64,000 nucleotides of DNA, taken from positions 124,001 through 188,000 of the IMG/VR virus record IMGVR_UViG_3300009370_001221. The stretch is one strand, 5' to 3'. The notes beneath the pieces were generated by a model. The model did no database searches. It was given only the letters and a program-made list of their open reading frames with translations, and was not told the DNA's origin. Each line of letters begins with the position of its first letter. Position 1 is the first letter of the stretch. The position numbers and the translations under genes are program-made. Below, in pieces: positions 9,715 through 22,500 of this stretch.

Positions 9715-10107
9715 ATGGCTATTACGTATAAAGGGTTTTCGACCTACAAAAAACAATTTTCCAACTCATACACTTTGAGTGGATTTGAACTTGCAAAACA
9801 AGATTTAACAAATCATTTTAACATTCGCAAGGGTGAAAAACTAATGAATCCAGAATTTGGGTCCATAGTTTGGGATGCATTATACGAGCCACTAACAGAC
9901 GAAATAGTATCTGAAATAGAAGAAGATATTAAAAGTATTATTGGGTATGATCCAAGATTGGAAGCAGAAAGCATATTGCTTGAACAGTATGAAAATGGAT
10001 TGCTTTTAGAATTACAAGTAAAATATATACCTGATCAAATATTAGGATCACTTTTGTTTGATTTTAATAACACATCTGGCCAAGTAACAGTGAGAGAAAC
10101 AGCATAA
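9715..10107 (+). CDS. Baseplate wedge subunit gp25-like
   Basis: YKGFST...LAKQDLTNHFNIRKGEKLMNPEFGSIVWDALYEP...YDPR motif. ATG 9715 preferred over TTG 9709. Confidence 0.85.
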   Translation: MAITYKGFSTYKKQFSNSYTLSGFELAKQDLTNHFNIRKGEKLMNPEFGSIVWDALYEPLTDEIVSEIEEDIKSIIGYDPRLEAESILLEQYENGLLLELQVKYIPDQILGSLLFDFNNTSGQVTVRETA

Positions 10108-13100
10108 TGGCATTAACAACAAGACAAAACACAATTTATCAAGCAGAAGATTGGAAGGTAGTATATCAATCTTTTATTAATGCTGATTTTGAAAGTTATG
10201 ATTTTGAAACATTGCGTAAGTCAATGATTGATTATCTTAAATTATATTACCCTGAAGATTTTAATGACTACGTTGAAAGTTCAGAGTTTATAGCATTAAT
10301 AGATCTTATTGCTTACATGGGACAAAATATTAGTTACAGAGTAGACTTAAACTCACGTGAAAACTTTCTTGCTACTGCTGAACGTAGAGAAAGCATATTA
10401 AGATTAGCAAGACTCGTTAGTTATAATTCTAAACGAAATATAAATGCTAGTGGAATGTTAAAATTGGCAAGTATTTCTACAACAGAAGATGTATATGATT
10501 CTAACGGAACAAACTTGGCAAATACTACTATTACATGGAATGACATTAACAATATTGATTATGCAGAGCAAGTTAATTTAATATTAAATGCCGCGATGGT
10601 AACAACACAAAAAGTTGGTACTCCCAATTTAAAAAGTACTCTCAATAATGTAAAAACAGAACAATATCAAATTAATATACCAGCAGGCACATTACCAATA
10701 TATTCTTTTACGAAAGAAGTAGAAGGCATTTCTATGGATTTTGAAATTACTAATGCTACATTTAAAGATAAAACTTATGTTTATGAACAGGCACCAAGTA
10801 ATGTATCCCCTTTTGGTATATTATATAGAAATGACGGTAAAGGAAACGGTAGTGCTAATACAGGATATTTTGTATATTTTAAACAAGGTATATTACAAAG
10901 TAGTAGTTTTACTATCAGTGATGCAATTCCTAATAGGCAAGTATTTGTTAATAATAGCAACATCTCTAATAATGATGTCTGGTTATATGAGTTAGATTCA
11001 AATAATGATTTATCTACGCTATGGACTCAAGTGCCGGCAGTAACAGGTAATAATATTATATTCAATAGTTTAAACAAAGATACAAGAACATTATATAGTG
11101 TAAACTCATTAGAAAGTGATCAAATATCATATGTTTTTGGTGATGGTATTTTTTCAAACATTCCACGCGGAACATATAGGGGTTACTTTAGACAAACCAA
11201 TGGTTTAGATTATATTATAAAAACAGACGACATGCAAAATGTTTCTATAGCCATGCCCTATATTAATAATAATAATTTAACGCATACATTAACATTTACA
11301 TTTAACTTGGAATCACAAGTTACAAATGCTACTACTAGAGAAACATTAGAGGACATTAAAACCAAAGCACCACAAAGTTATTATACACAAAATCGTATGG
11401 TAAATGGTGAAGATTATAATATATTTCCTATTACTTCTACAAATGAAATTATAAAAATTAAAGCAACAAATAGAACGTCGAGCGGTATTTCTCGCTACTT
11501 GGACGTAGTAGATCCAACAGCAAAATATTCTTCAACTAATATATTTGGCACAGATGGAATATTGTTTAGAGAATATTTCTCTAATACATTTGATTTTGAG
11601 TTTGCAAATGAAATGGATATATTACGAACAATTCGTGATAAGATAGAACCAATATTACGTGATGTGGGTAGTAAACATTATTACTTTGAAAAATATGATA
11701 GGATTACGGTTGGTGCAACGGTATGGGAACAAAGTACCACAAGTACTAATTCGAGCACCGGTTATTTTAAAAATAATTTAGGAGCATCTGTTCCTATAGG
11801 AGCATCTGCGCCAGCATCAGATAATAGAAAGTATTTGACCGGGAATGCCCTAGTAAAATTTAATGCACCAAGCGGCAAATATTTTAAATCAGATGGTAGT
11901 CTACATACTGGTAGTGTAGGCGATCCAGGTACATTTGCAAACATTTGGGCAATGATTAAAAGTGTAGTAGGTGATGGTCATAACAGTGGCGCAGGGAATT
12001 TAGCTAGCGGTGCCGGCCCAATTACAATTAGTGAGTTAATTGGTGATGGTGCTGAAGTTGCTGAAATTATTCCGCAGTTCATAACAGACTTGCCATCCGC
12101 TATGGAAACAGCAATGCTAACTAAAATCTTTAAACATGAAGAATTTGGTTTACGCTTTGATGCCACCACAAGAGAGTGGGTAATTATATTAGCGGCAGAC
12201 ATAGATACAACTTCTGAATTTTCATTTGCTTATGCTGGCGATACAACTAGTTTGAAAAGGGATGCAAGTTGGTTGATTAGATTTAAAAGTAACGGAACAA
12301 CATATACAACAACGTATAGAGGATTAAAGTATAGTATTGAAAGTGACATGGAAGCACGTTTTTACTTTGATAGTTCCGTTAAAATTTACAATTCACGCAC
12401 AGCAAAAACAGTCACAGATCAAGTTAATGTACTTGGTATTAATGCCCAACCTGATTCTAACACAGCAATGGATAAAGATCATATTTGGCAAATTTATGGA
12501 TTAGATACGGGTTTTTCAGGAGCAACAAATTCTCGCAGAGTACTAGTAACATTTTTGGATAGTGATGCTGACGGTATTCCAGATAATCCAGATCAATTTA
12601 CATTAGTTGTTGCCCCAACAGTAAATCCAAATACTAAATCAGTATTTTTTGAAAAGTTTACAGAAGAAAGTGGTGGGGAACAATGGAGATTAACTACTAA
12701 AACAGTTAATGTAACATATGCAACAGCAACAGCATTATCAGCTGCATCTACAACATTGTTTACTGATAAGGAAGTAATTTACTTGACTACAGATAAAGCA
12801 TTTAGAGTGTTCAATAAAACTGATAGTACATTTTTAGTCAGCACAGATTATAAAGTATATACTGGACGTAAATCACTTAAATTTAATTACAAACACAATT
12901 CACCATCAGATAGGAGAATTAATCCAGGGTTAAGCAATATTATTGATATGTATGTATTAACAAAAGCATATAGTAATGCATATACAAAGTACATTCAAGA
13001 TAATATAGGTATAGTTACTGAACCAACAACAAGTACAACAAACGAATTGAATACACAATTTAGTAACTTATTAGACTACAAAATGTTAAGTGATGAAATT

Positions 13101-13508
13101 ATTTTTCATCCAGTAAAATATAAACCATTATTTGGTGCAAAAGCATCAACTAACTTGCAAGCATCATTTAAAATTGTAAAAAATGCTAATTCAATAATAA
13201 CTGATACAGAAATTAAAACACAAACTATTGAAGCAATCAATGATTATTTTGATCAAAGTAATTGGGATTTTGGTGACACTTTTTATTTTACAGAATTATC
13301 AGCATATATTCACAATCAATTAACTCCGTATATTGCTACTGTTTTAATTGTACCAAAAGGTACGAATCAAAATTTTGGTAGTTTATTTGAAATACAAAGT
13401 AATAATGATGAAATTTTTATTAGTGATGCAAAAGTAGAAGATGTAGAAATTATAGATGCTGTAACTGCTTCTAAGATTAGAGCAAGCGGTACTATCATTA
13501 CTAGTTAG
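10107..13508 (+). CDS. Baseplate wedge subunit gp6-like
   Basis: DFETLRKSMIDYL...DFNDYVESSEFIALIDLIAY...ENFLATAERRES, FGDGIF, ETLEDIKTKAP..Y.TQNRMV..EDY. Confidence 0.85.
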   Translation: MALTTRQNTIYQAEDWKVVYQSFINADFESYDFETLRKSMIDYLKLYYPEDFNDYVESSEFIALIDLIAYMGQNISYRVDLNSRENFLATAERRESILRLARLVSYNSKRNINASGMLKLASISTTEDVYDSNGTNLANTTITWNDINNIDYAEQVNLILNAAMVTTQKVGTPNLKSTLNNVKTEQYQINIPAGTLPIYSFTKEVEGISMDFEITNATFKDKTYVYEQAPSNVSPFGILYRNDGKGNGSANTGYFVYFKQGILQSSSFTISDAIPNRQVFVNNSNISNNDVWLYELDSNNDLSTLWTQVPAVTGNNIIFNSLNKDTRTLYSVNSLESDQISYVFGDGIFSNIPRGTYRGYFRQTNGLDYIIKTDDMQNVSIAMPYINNNNLTHTLTFTFNLESQVTNATTRETLEDIKTKAPQSYYTQNRMVNGEDYNIFPITSTNEIIKIKATNRTSSGISRYLDVVDPTAKYSSTNIFGTDGILFREYFSNTFDFEFANEMDILRTIRDKIEPILRDVGSKHYYFEKYDRITVGATVWEQSTTSTNSSTGYFKNNLGASVPIGASAPASDNRKYLTGNALVKFNAPSGKYFKSDGSLHTGSVGDPGTFANIWAMIKSVVGDGHNSGAGNLASGAGPITISELIGDGAEVAEIIPQFITDLPSAMETAMLTKIFKHEEFGLRFDATTREWVIILAADIDTTSEFSFAYAGDTTSLKRDASWLIRFKSNGTTYTTTYRGLKYSIESDMEARFYFDSSVKIYNSRTAKTVTDQVNVLGINAQPDSNTAMDKDHIWQIYGLDTGFSGATNSRRVLVTFLDSDADGIPDNPDQFTLVVAPTVNPNTKSVFFEKFTEESGGEQWRLTTKTVNVTYATATALSAASTTLFTDKEVIYLTTDKAFRVFNKTDSTFLVSTDYKVYTGRKSLKFNYKHNSPSDRRINPGLSNIIDMYVLTKAYSNAYTKYIQDNIGIVTEPTTSTTNELNTQFSNLLDYKMLSDEIIFHPVKYKPLFGAKASTNLQASFKIVKNANSIITDTEIKTQTIEAINDYFDQSNWDFGDTFYFTELSAYIHNQLTPYIATVLIVPKGTNQNFGSLFEIQSNNDEIFISDAKVEDVEIIDAVTASKIRASGTIITS

Positions 13509-13516
13509 GAAACACC

Positions 13517-16500
13517 ATGGCCATACGTAAAACTGTAAATTTATTACCACAACAGTTCCAAACTGATGTAAATAAGAAATTTTTAAATGCTACATTAGAT
13601 CAATTAATATCTCCAGGAACAATGGAGATGTTATCTGGGTTTGTTGGGCGACGAGATGTTGATAATTTTAAAAATACAGATAGTTATATTGTTGAAACAG
13701 ATAATGATAGATTAAATTATCAACTTGAACCAGCAGTTACTATTAAAAAGGAATTGTCTGAAACAAAATATGATTTTGCCTCAACATATATAGATATTGT
13801 TAATTCAATTAGTGCCGCTGGCGGTGATAATAATAATCATGATAAACTGTTTAGTAATGAATATACAGTATGGTCACCACCAATTGATTATGACAAGACT
13901 ATTAACTATACAAAATATTACTGGCTACAAACAGGTCCAGATAGATGTGATATCACTGATCCTATCACTATTAGTGATATTGTAGGAAAGAAAACTTATA
14001 CATATACTTCAGTAGATGGCAATAAAACATTAAAATTTTCAACAGGACTTAAAGTACGATTTACTGGCACCGTTACGCCATCAACATACGCAAATATTGA
14101 TTATATTGTTGCGGACGTAGGCACAAGTATTAGATTAATTCCGTTAAGCGAATTATACACACCAGAGTCTGCTGTATATACATTAAGCAAAGATTACTTA
14201 ACTATCAAACGCGGTGCGATTGATGGTAACCAATGGAGTAATAATAACCGTTGGTTCCATGAAGAAATTATTGGAGTAACAGCAACATACAATAAAGATA
14301 CTGCTATATATGATTCAGCATTGCGAGCAAAAAGACCAATATTAGAATTTGATAATGATCTCAAATTATATGATTATGGTACAAAATTATTAACAACTGT
14401 TGATTTAGTTGATACAACTTTTACAGATGCTTTTACACAACTAGAAGGCGAGCCTGGCGGTTATATTGATGGTGTTGCATTGACCGCCGGACAAAAAGTT
14501 GTATTTACTGCCGATACTGATCCATTAGTAAATGGTTATATATATGATGTGCAATTTGTAACTATTGGCGGCGTAAGTGTTATTCATTTAGAAAAAAATA
14601 CTACTGTAGCAGATCCTGCAACAGATAATACTATTATTGTTAATAGCGGTGCTGATAATAAAGGCACACAATGGTATTACAAAAATAGTAAGTGGTACAA
14701 GGGACAAGTAAAAACTGGATTGAACCAAGCACCGATATTTGACGTATTTGATAAAAACGGAAATAGTTTTTCAACATACGCAAGTAGCACATTTGCTGGA
14801 TCAAATATCTTTAGTTATGCTGTAAACAGTGCCGGTACTGCTGACACAGAATTAGGCTTTGCCCTAACATATAAAAACTTTACTAACATTGGCGACATTA
14901 TTTTTAATGATAACCTAATTAAGGATAGTTTTTCATATACATCTGATGCCACAGCGGGCACTACAACATCCGTAAGACTTGCTACAGGATTCTTACATAA
15001 AAATACGGCTCTAACCACATATTCCACACTTTCTAATTGGGAAAAGGCTCCATTTGAAAGTAGACAATTTATACAAAATACTATTGTTGTAGGGTCAGAA
15101 TTAAAGCAATTTAAGGTAACTACTATTCCTAAAACGGAAACAACAGCAAAGAATTTAATTGTTACAGTAAATGGTAAGTTAAAAGAAAAAGGCACTGGTA
15201 CAACAACAAAAGATTATTATGTTACTACAGATACTGGATTTCAATATGTTAATTTTACAAACAATTTAACTATTGGCGATATATTAGTTATTAAGGTACA
15301 TACAGACACAAGTATTGAAAAATTAACTACTGGAGAGTTTTATACAATACCAACTAATTTAAGCAACAATCCACTAAATGATATGACAACTACTACTAAT
15401 TTTACATTAGGACAAGTTAGAGATCATATCAGTAGTTGTATTGAAAATAGTTTAGACTTTTCCGGTGCTACGTTAGGTAGTAATAATATTCGAGACATTG
15501 GCGATATTGCTACACTTGGTACTAAAATTATACAAAATACTGGCAGTTTGCTCAAAGCAGGTTATATGTTAACTAATGGAACATATAATTTAATTGACTC
15601 AATAACTCATGCTTCGAATGAATATAATAGATTTAAAAATCAATTTTTAAATAAAGCAAAAACTATTGGAGACTTTACAAGCACTTCAGATAGATTAGAC
15701 AAAACACTACGAGCAATGGCAGCTGAAAAAAATAGCACAATGCCATATTTTGATAGTGATATGGTAGCATTTTCAACAGACATTACGACATTATCATATA
15801 CAGTATTTGATATTGACAATAAACAATTTGAACTTAATACAACATATAATGACACAATCCCTGGACAAACAGCGGTATTAGTTTATAAAAATGATGTAAT
15901 GTTGTTAAAAGATCAAGACTATACTTTTTCTACTACCACACCGTTTGTTACTTTAACAAGTAACATTACATTGGCAGAAAACGATGTTATTAAACTTGTT
16001 GAATACACTAATACTGGTGGTAACTTTATTCCACCAACACCAACTAAATTAGGATTGTATCCTAAATATGTTCCAAGCAAATATTCTGATGACACATACA
16101 CAACTACTATTGACGTAATACAGGGACATGATGGATCTATTACACCAGCATATAGTGATTATAGAGATGATTTATTATTAGAGTTAGAAAGACGAATTTA
16201 TAATAATATAAAAGCAGTATATAACTTTAAGCTAGTAGATATTAATAGTGTAATACCATCTCGTTTTAGAAAAACACAATACTCAACAGACACTGTAAAC
16301 AACATATTAGCCATAGAATTAGCACAATGGGCGAATAATAATAATGTTGATTATACTAAAAATAGTTATTATGTTTCTGGTTCTGATTGGACTTACAATT
16401 ATAAAAACATAAAAGATACCTTAAGTGATGCGGAATTTTTACCAGGTTATTGGAGAGCAATTTACAAATACTTTTATGATACTGATCGCCCACACACTCA

Positions 16501-19500
16501 TCCGTGGGAAATGCTTGGATTTAGCATTAAACCAAGTTGGTGGGAAACAACTTACGGCCCTGCTCCATACACTAAAGACAACTTGGTGCTGTGGACAGAT
16601 ATAGAAGCAGGTAAAATTGTAAGTGGTGATAGAGCAGGCACATATATTGAATATGCTCGTCCTGGATTGGTGGCTACTTTTATACCAACTGACGCGGCCG
16701 GCGATTTAAAATCACCAACAAGTATTGGTATAGTTGGACTTGTGACTGGAGAAATTCAAGGAAACTTTTCAGTTGGGCACCAAGGCCCTGTTGAAACAGC
16801 ATGGCGCCGAAGCAGTTATTATCCTTTTGCAATTCAAATATTACTAGCCTTAACAAAACCAGCAAAATATTGTGAATTTATGTTTGATACAAGTAAAATA
16901 ACCACTAACATGTTGGGGCATTATGTTGATAAAACGACTACTTTACCTATTAAACCAAATGTATCTAAGATACATTCATACATTAATACAGATTCAACAG
17001 TTGATTATACATTAGGTTATAACAATTGGGTAGTAGATTATTCAAAATATTTAGGTCTTAATACAACAACATTTTATAAACAATTAAATGCTTTGGGTAT
17101 TAATTTAGCATATAAGATGTCGGGGTTTGCTGATAAAGATAAATTAAAAATCATACTAGAACAAATATCTCCTTCTAAATCCACAACAGATATTTTTATA
17201 CCACAAGAAGATTACAATTTTCATTTAATGGAAAGTAGTCCTATCCAAAGTATCAATTATAGTGGCGTAATTATTACAAGAAGCACGGGTGGTTGGAAAA
17301 TAGATGGTTATAATAAAAAACAACCAACATTTAAAATTTTACCAAGTATTATTACTAGTAATAGACGACGAACTGTAAGTGTTGGAGGATATGCTCCTAA
17401 ATGCTCAGAATTAATCACTGGGCGATCTTACTCTGTTAATGAATATATTAAATCTGGTGATATCTATTATCAAGTTAAAACTGCGTTTATAGCAGGTGAC
17501 GGTGATGACTTGGCTAATCTTACTCGCATTGCCAAATTACCCACAATTGGTGGCGTGTCAGCAACTCAATATGATGACTATAGCACAACAGTTGCAACTA
17601 TACCATATGGTAAAGAATACACAACAGTTCAAGAAGTATATGACTTTTTAATTAGTTATGGAAGATATTTAGAAAGTGTTGGCTTTGTATTTGATAATGT
17701 AACAAATGGGTTTGACTATATTGAAGATTGGAAAAATACTGCAAAAGAATTTTTATTCTGGACTTTGCATAACTTTTCTATAGGATCAATGATTACGTGT
17801 AGTGCTGGAGCAAATACTATTAAATTGAATTTAGTATCAGCACAAATTGATACAATGTCAAATAATATGTTACCATCGAGTGTTATAGATCAAAATAGAG
17901 ATAGAATTTCAGTAAACAATTTATTTTATAGTAGAATAGACAATAATTTTCAACTATCCGTTAGTGATAATACTGACGGTATATACGCGGCTACATTTAA
18001 TCCTATACAAACAGAACATTTATTAATACTTGAAAATGAAACAGTGTTTAAGGATGTTATTTGGTCATTATTTACTGGTAGTAGACAAAATAGAATTAAA
18101 CTAGTTGGTTATAAAACTGAACTATGGGATGGTACACAACAGTTACCAGGTTATGTATTATTAGATGATACCGTTGATGATTGGGACATTAATAAAAGTT
18201 ATCCAATTGGAGAAATAGTAAAATTTAAAGATAAATTTTATGCTAGTAAATTTAATCATGACCCAAATGATTTAACAGAACTTGGAAAATTTGACTTTAG
18301 TAAATGGAAATTATTAGATCGGGTTAATGGTGGCTTATTAACTAACCTAGACTCTAAAGCAGACAACTTTAGAGGTTATTATGAAATTGAAGATGATGGA
18401 AGAATTATAGAAACTGATACATTGGCATCTAATTTGATAGGTTTTCAAAATAGAAAATATTTAGAAAATTTACAAATTGGTGATATAGCTCAAAAGAAAT
18501 TCTATCAAGGATTTATTAAAGAGAAAGGCACATCATCTATTACTAATAAATTATTAAGAGCAAAACTACCAGCAATAGATAGCACACTTAACTTATACGA
18601 AGAGTGGGCATTTAGAGTTGGTGAGTACGGTTCTGTAGCAAGTTCACAAGTAATTGAATTTAAACTAAAAGAAAATGAATTTACAGATAATCCAGAACTA
18701 ATTGAGATTATTAATACTGCTGAACAATATAAAAATACAAATATTACACATAGGCCAAGTGACTTATATCAAAAACCACTTGAACCAAGACAGTTTAACA
18801 AAAATGTATTTAAAAATTTAGCAGAGGATATTAGCACAAGAGATTATTTGCCTGATGCTGGTTACGCACGTTTAGATGACGTACAGCACAAAGTATTAAG
18901 TCTAGAAAATTGGGTACCTAACAATACGGTAGACATTACTGAAAATATCAATATTGATACACAACTAATAGGTAAAACTTCTTATACTTCAACAGAAGGT
19001 ATAATCACAACACTAACAAATGGTATGGTAGTTAAATTTACTGGAATTAATACTATTCCTACCTCATATAAAACTGGTACTTGGATAGTAACTGGTGTTG
19101 ATGAATCTATAAAACTTACTGAAAAAAGCGAGTATTTAAATTCTCTAAATGTAGGTGATAAAATGTGGGTTGCAAATTCTGCTACATATCCACCAACATA
19201 CGCAGAAAATTCAAATGACTGGAATGTATATAGAATAACAAGTACTAAAAATAATCCTATATCTATAACAGGAGATACGATTGCAAATACTATTAAAGTA
19301 ACATTTAAAAATCCTGTAGATTCTATATTAGTAAATGAGATTATAATTTTACGAAGATTTGTTGATAGTACTATCCCTGCAATAGACTGGAGCGGGGTTT
19401 ACAAAGTTAAAACTAATTTTACTAGCGATGGACTCAATGTATTAGAATTATATGCCGATTTGGATCTATCTGCATCATTTGAAACTTTATCTTTAAATGA

Positions 19501-22500
19501 AACTAGTACACGTGGTGAATTTTTAAAGCTAGAAAGTGCTAGGTATGCAACTACTTCGGCACTAGTTAATAGAACAGAACCAACGCACGGGTGGGAAGAT
19601 GGTGATTATGCTTGGATTGATAATCATAATAGCACTAACAAATGGGCAGTACTTGAAAAGAAAGATCCTTATACATTAGGAAAAGAATTATATCCTAACG
19701 GTAAAGCAACCAATACAGGATTTGGACAAGGCGTTGCAGGCAATAAAGACTTGTCAACAATATTAGTTGGGTCAGTATATGATACAACATCAGCAGGTAG
19801 CATTGAGCAATGGACACGTGATGTTGCTACAGTGTTTGATGTTAAAAGTATATTTGTAAGTGATATCACTTCAAAGACAGCAGGCACATTAAATACTTCA
19901 GGTTACTTACTAACAGTAGAAAGTGATGGTTTACCACACCCAGCACCATTTGGAACATTTCCTACAACAGACGGAAAGAATCCAAATAGAGTTGTAACAC
20001 GCAACTATAAACATACATTTAAAACTCGTGTAGGAACAAATACTACAGCGGCACCACAAGTAGCAGTACCACTCGGTGGTATTGGCATAATGGCTAACGG
20101 TGTTGTAATAGCAAGTCCTTCAGCAACAGCAACATTACCAAACGACAATGGTCCAGCCAAGGGCGTTGCCCCAACAGGATTTGAATGGAACGCTGTAGAG
20201 AACGCAACGGCAGTTGGTATGGATGCATCACATGGGCATCCACAAGAAGATAATCAGTACCATTACCACAGCGGCAAATTTTTAAGCCAATGGGATTACC
20301 ATGTATATCAAGCAAATACATATTATCAAGGCACCAATTATAGTGGTGATCACTGGAGGCACACTGACGGTCATTCCAAAATCCTAGGCTATGCATATGA
20401 TGGTTATCCAATCTATGGCCCATTCGGCTACCAAACTGCCACTGATTCAACAACCACGCCACTGCGTATGACATCAGCATACCAAAAACACACAGATCCA
20501 GTATCTGGACGTGGTTATACATACACAGAATACCCTGCAGGTACATTTATAAATGACTATCAGTTTAATTCTGCTGTAGGAACATTAGACAAGCACAATG
20601 GTCGTTACTGTGTAACGCCAGATTATCCTGATGGAACTTATGCTTACTTCTTAACAATTACTAGTGCTGGCGTTCCAGTATATCCTTACATTATTGGACC
20701 AACATTTAAAGAGATACCAACATTAGAAACAGACACAGTGCCAGTAGATCCAGGTGGTAGTAATGCACAAACAATTGCATTAACGCCTGGAGAGTTCACA
20801 TATAGCAATACTGTTGTGGATGGTAGTAAATTAAAGAATAGTGGTTGGGCAGGCTGGCAATTTGATATGGCAGTTGACGATGACTATGTAGTAACAAGTG
20901 CGCCAAATAGTAATAGCGGACAAGGTTATGCTATTGTGCTTAAAAAGAAAACAGACAAAACATATGAACCATTTGACATTATGCGTTCACCAAGTCCCAC
21001 AACAAATGGGTATTTTGGTTATGATATTGCTGTAAGTAAAAGCGGCACGTATGTATTAGTAGGAGCTCCAGGTGAACTAAAAGCATATATGTATAAATTA
21101 GGAACAGGTGTTACAGCAAGTAATGAATACTTCAATGGCGATGGTTCAACTAATGTTTTTACTTTCTCTTCAACATCATTTAGTAATAGTAATGAACTAA
21201 CTGTAATTGTAGATGGCCAAATTAAAATTGAAACATTAGACTATACATTAAGTGCTACACAAATTACATTTGTAGCCGCTTCAATACCACCAAGTGGTAC
21301 TAATAATATCCATGTAAGAAAAGGAAATTATTATAGTGCAATCAAAACATTTACTGGCGCATCAGGTACAGACTTTGGCCGTAGTGTTGCATTAAGTGAC
21401 GATGGTACTATTGCATTTATTGGTCAACCAAACAAAGCAGATGGTACAGCATTATCTGCAGGTGCAACTGAAGTTTGGAGTAAAACACCAACAGACACAT
21501 ATTTTAAAATACAAGATATTAAAAGTAATATATCTAGTACTAATGAAAATTTTGGTAAGGAAGTAGAATGTGGTGTAGATGGTCATATAGTTGCTATTGG
21601 TTCACCAGGCACTGACTTTCTAGTAATAAAAGAAATAACTACGGATGCTATCAACGCCGGCCAAGTTGAATGCTGGATCGACAATACAAAACATACTGGT
21701 ACAATAACTGGCACAGTTGCTAATCCAACTGTAAGCATTGGTGATAAACTTGTTATTAATGATCAAGAAGTAACATTTACTGGTACAGCACTATCTAATG
21801 TAGTAAGTGATATTACTGCTAAAGCAATACCACATATAACAGCATCCGCAACAAGTGATAACAAGTTAAAAATTGTTAGCACAAAAACAGATGCTAACGC
21901 AAAACTTACAATACGTGCAGGCACAACAAACGGCGGGACAGTGTTTACAGCATTAGGCTTAACACTATACACATATAAATCAGCATTGCGCCATCCAGAT
22001 GGTCCGCAAAATGCTTTTTATGGTGAGCATATTAAATTTAATAATACTGCGACAATGATTACAATTGGATCACCTTCAAGCTCAAGTGAATTTGAATTAA
22101 CGTTAGATGGTAACTTGACAAAATTTGACCAGCAAAACACTATAATCACTGACGTTCAACCTGATTCTGGTTCTGCTTTAATATATGATATTAATACTGA
22201 CTTAACATATTCATTAATACAGCGAGTAGATTGGGCAAACCGTAAAAAGAATGACAAATTTGGTACAGGCCTTGCAATGATTGGTAATACAGCATTAATT
22301 GGTGCTCCTGGTGATGATTATTTTGTGGAGGAACTAAAAACTGCTGACGGTGTGGCAACTGCGTATGCTATAACAGGGCAATTTACTACTGATAATTTAG
22401 AAATTAGTATGAATGGTCGAACAATGTTACAAGCAGAATTTAGTAGTGACAACGCATCACCAAATAGTACTGTTACATTTACAACAGCACCAGTTGCAAC

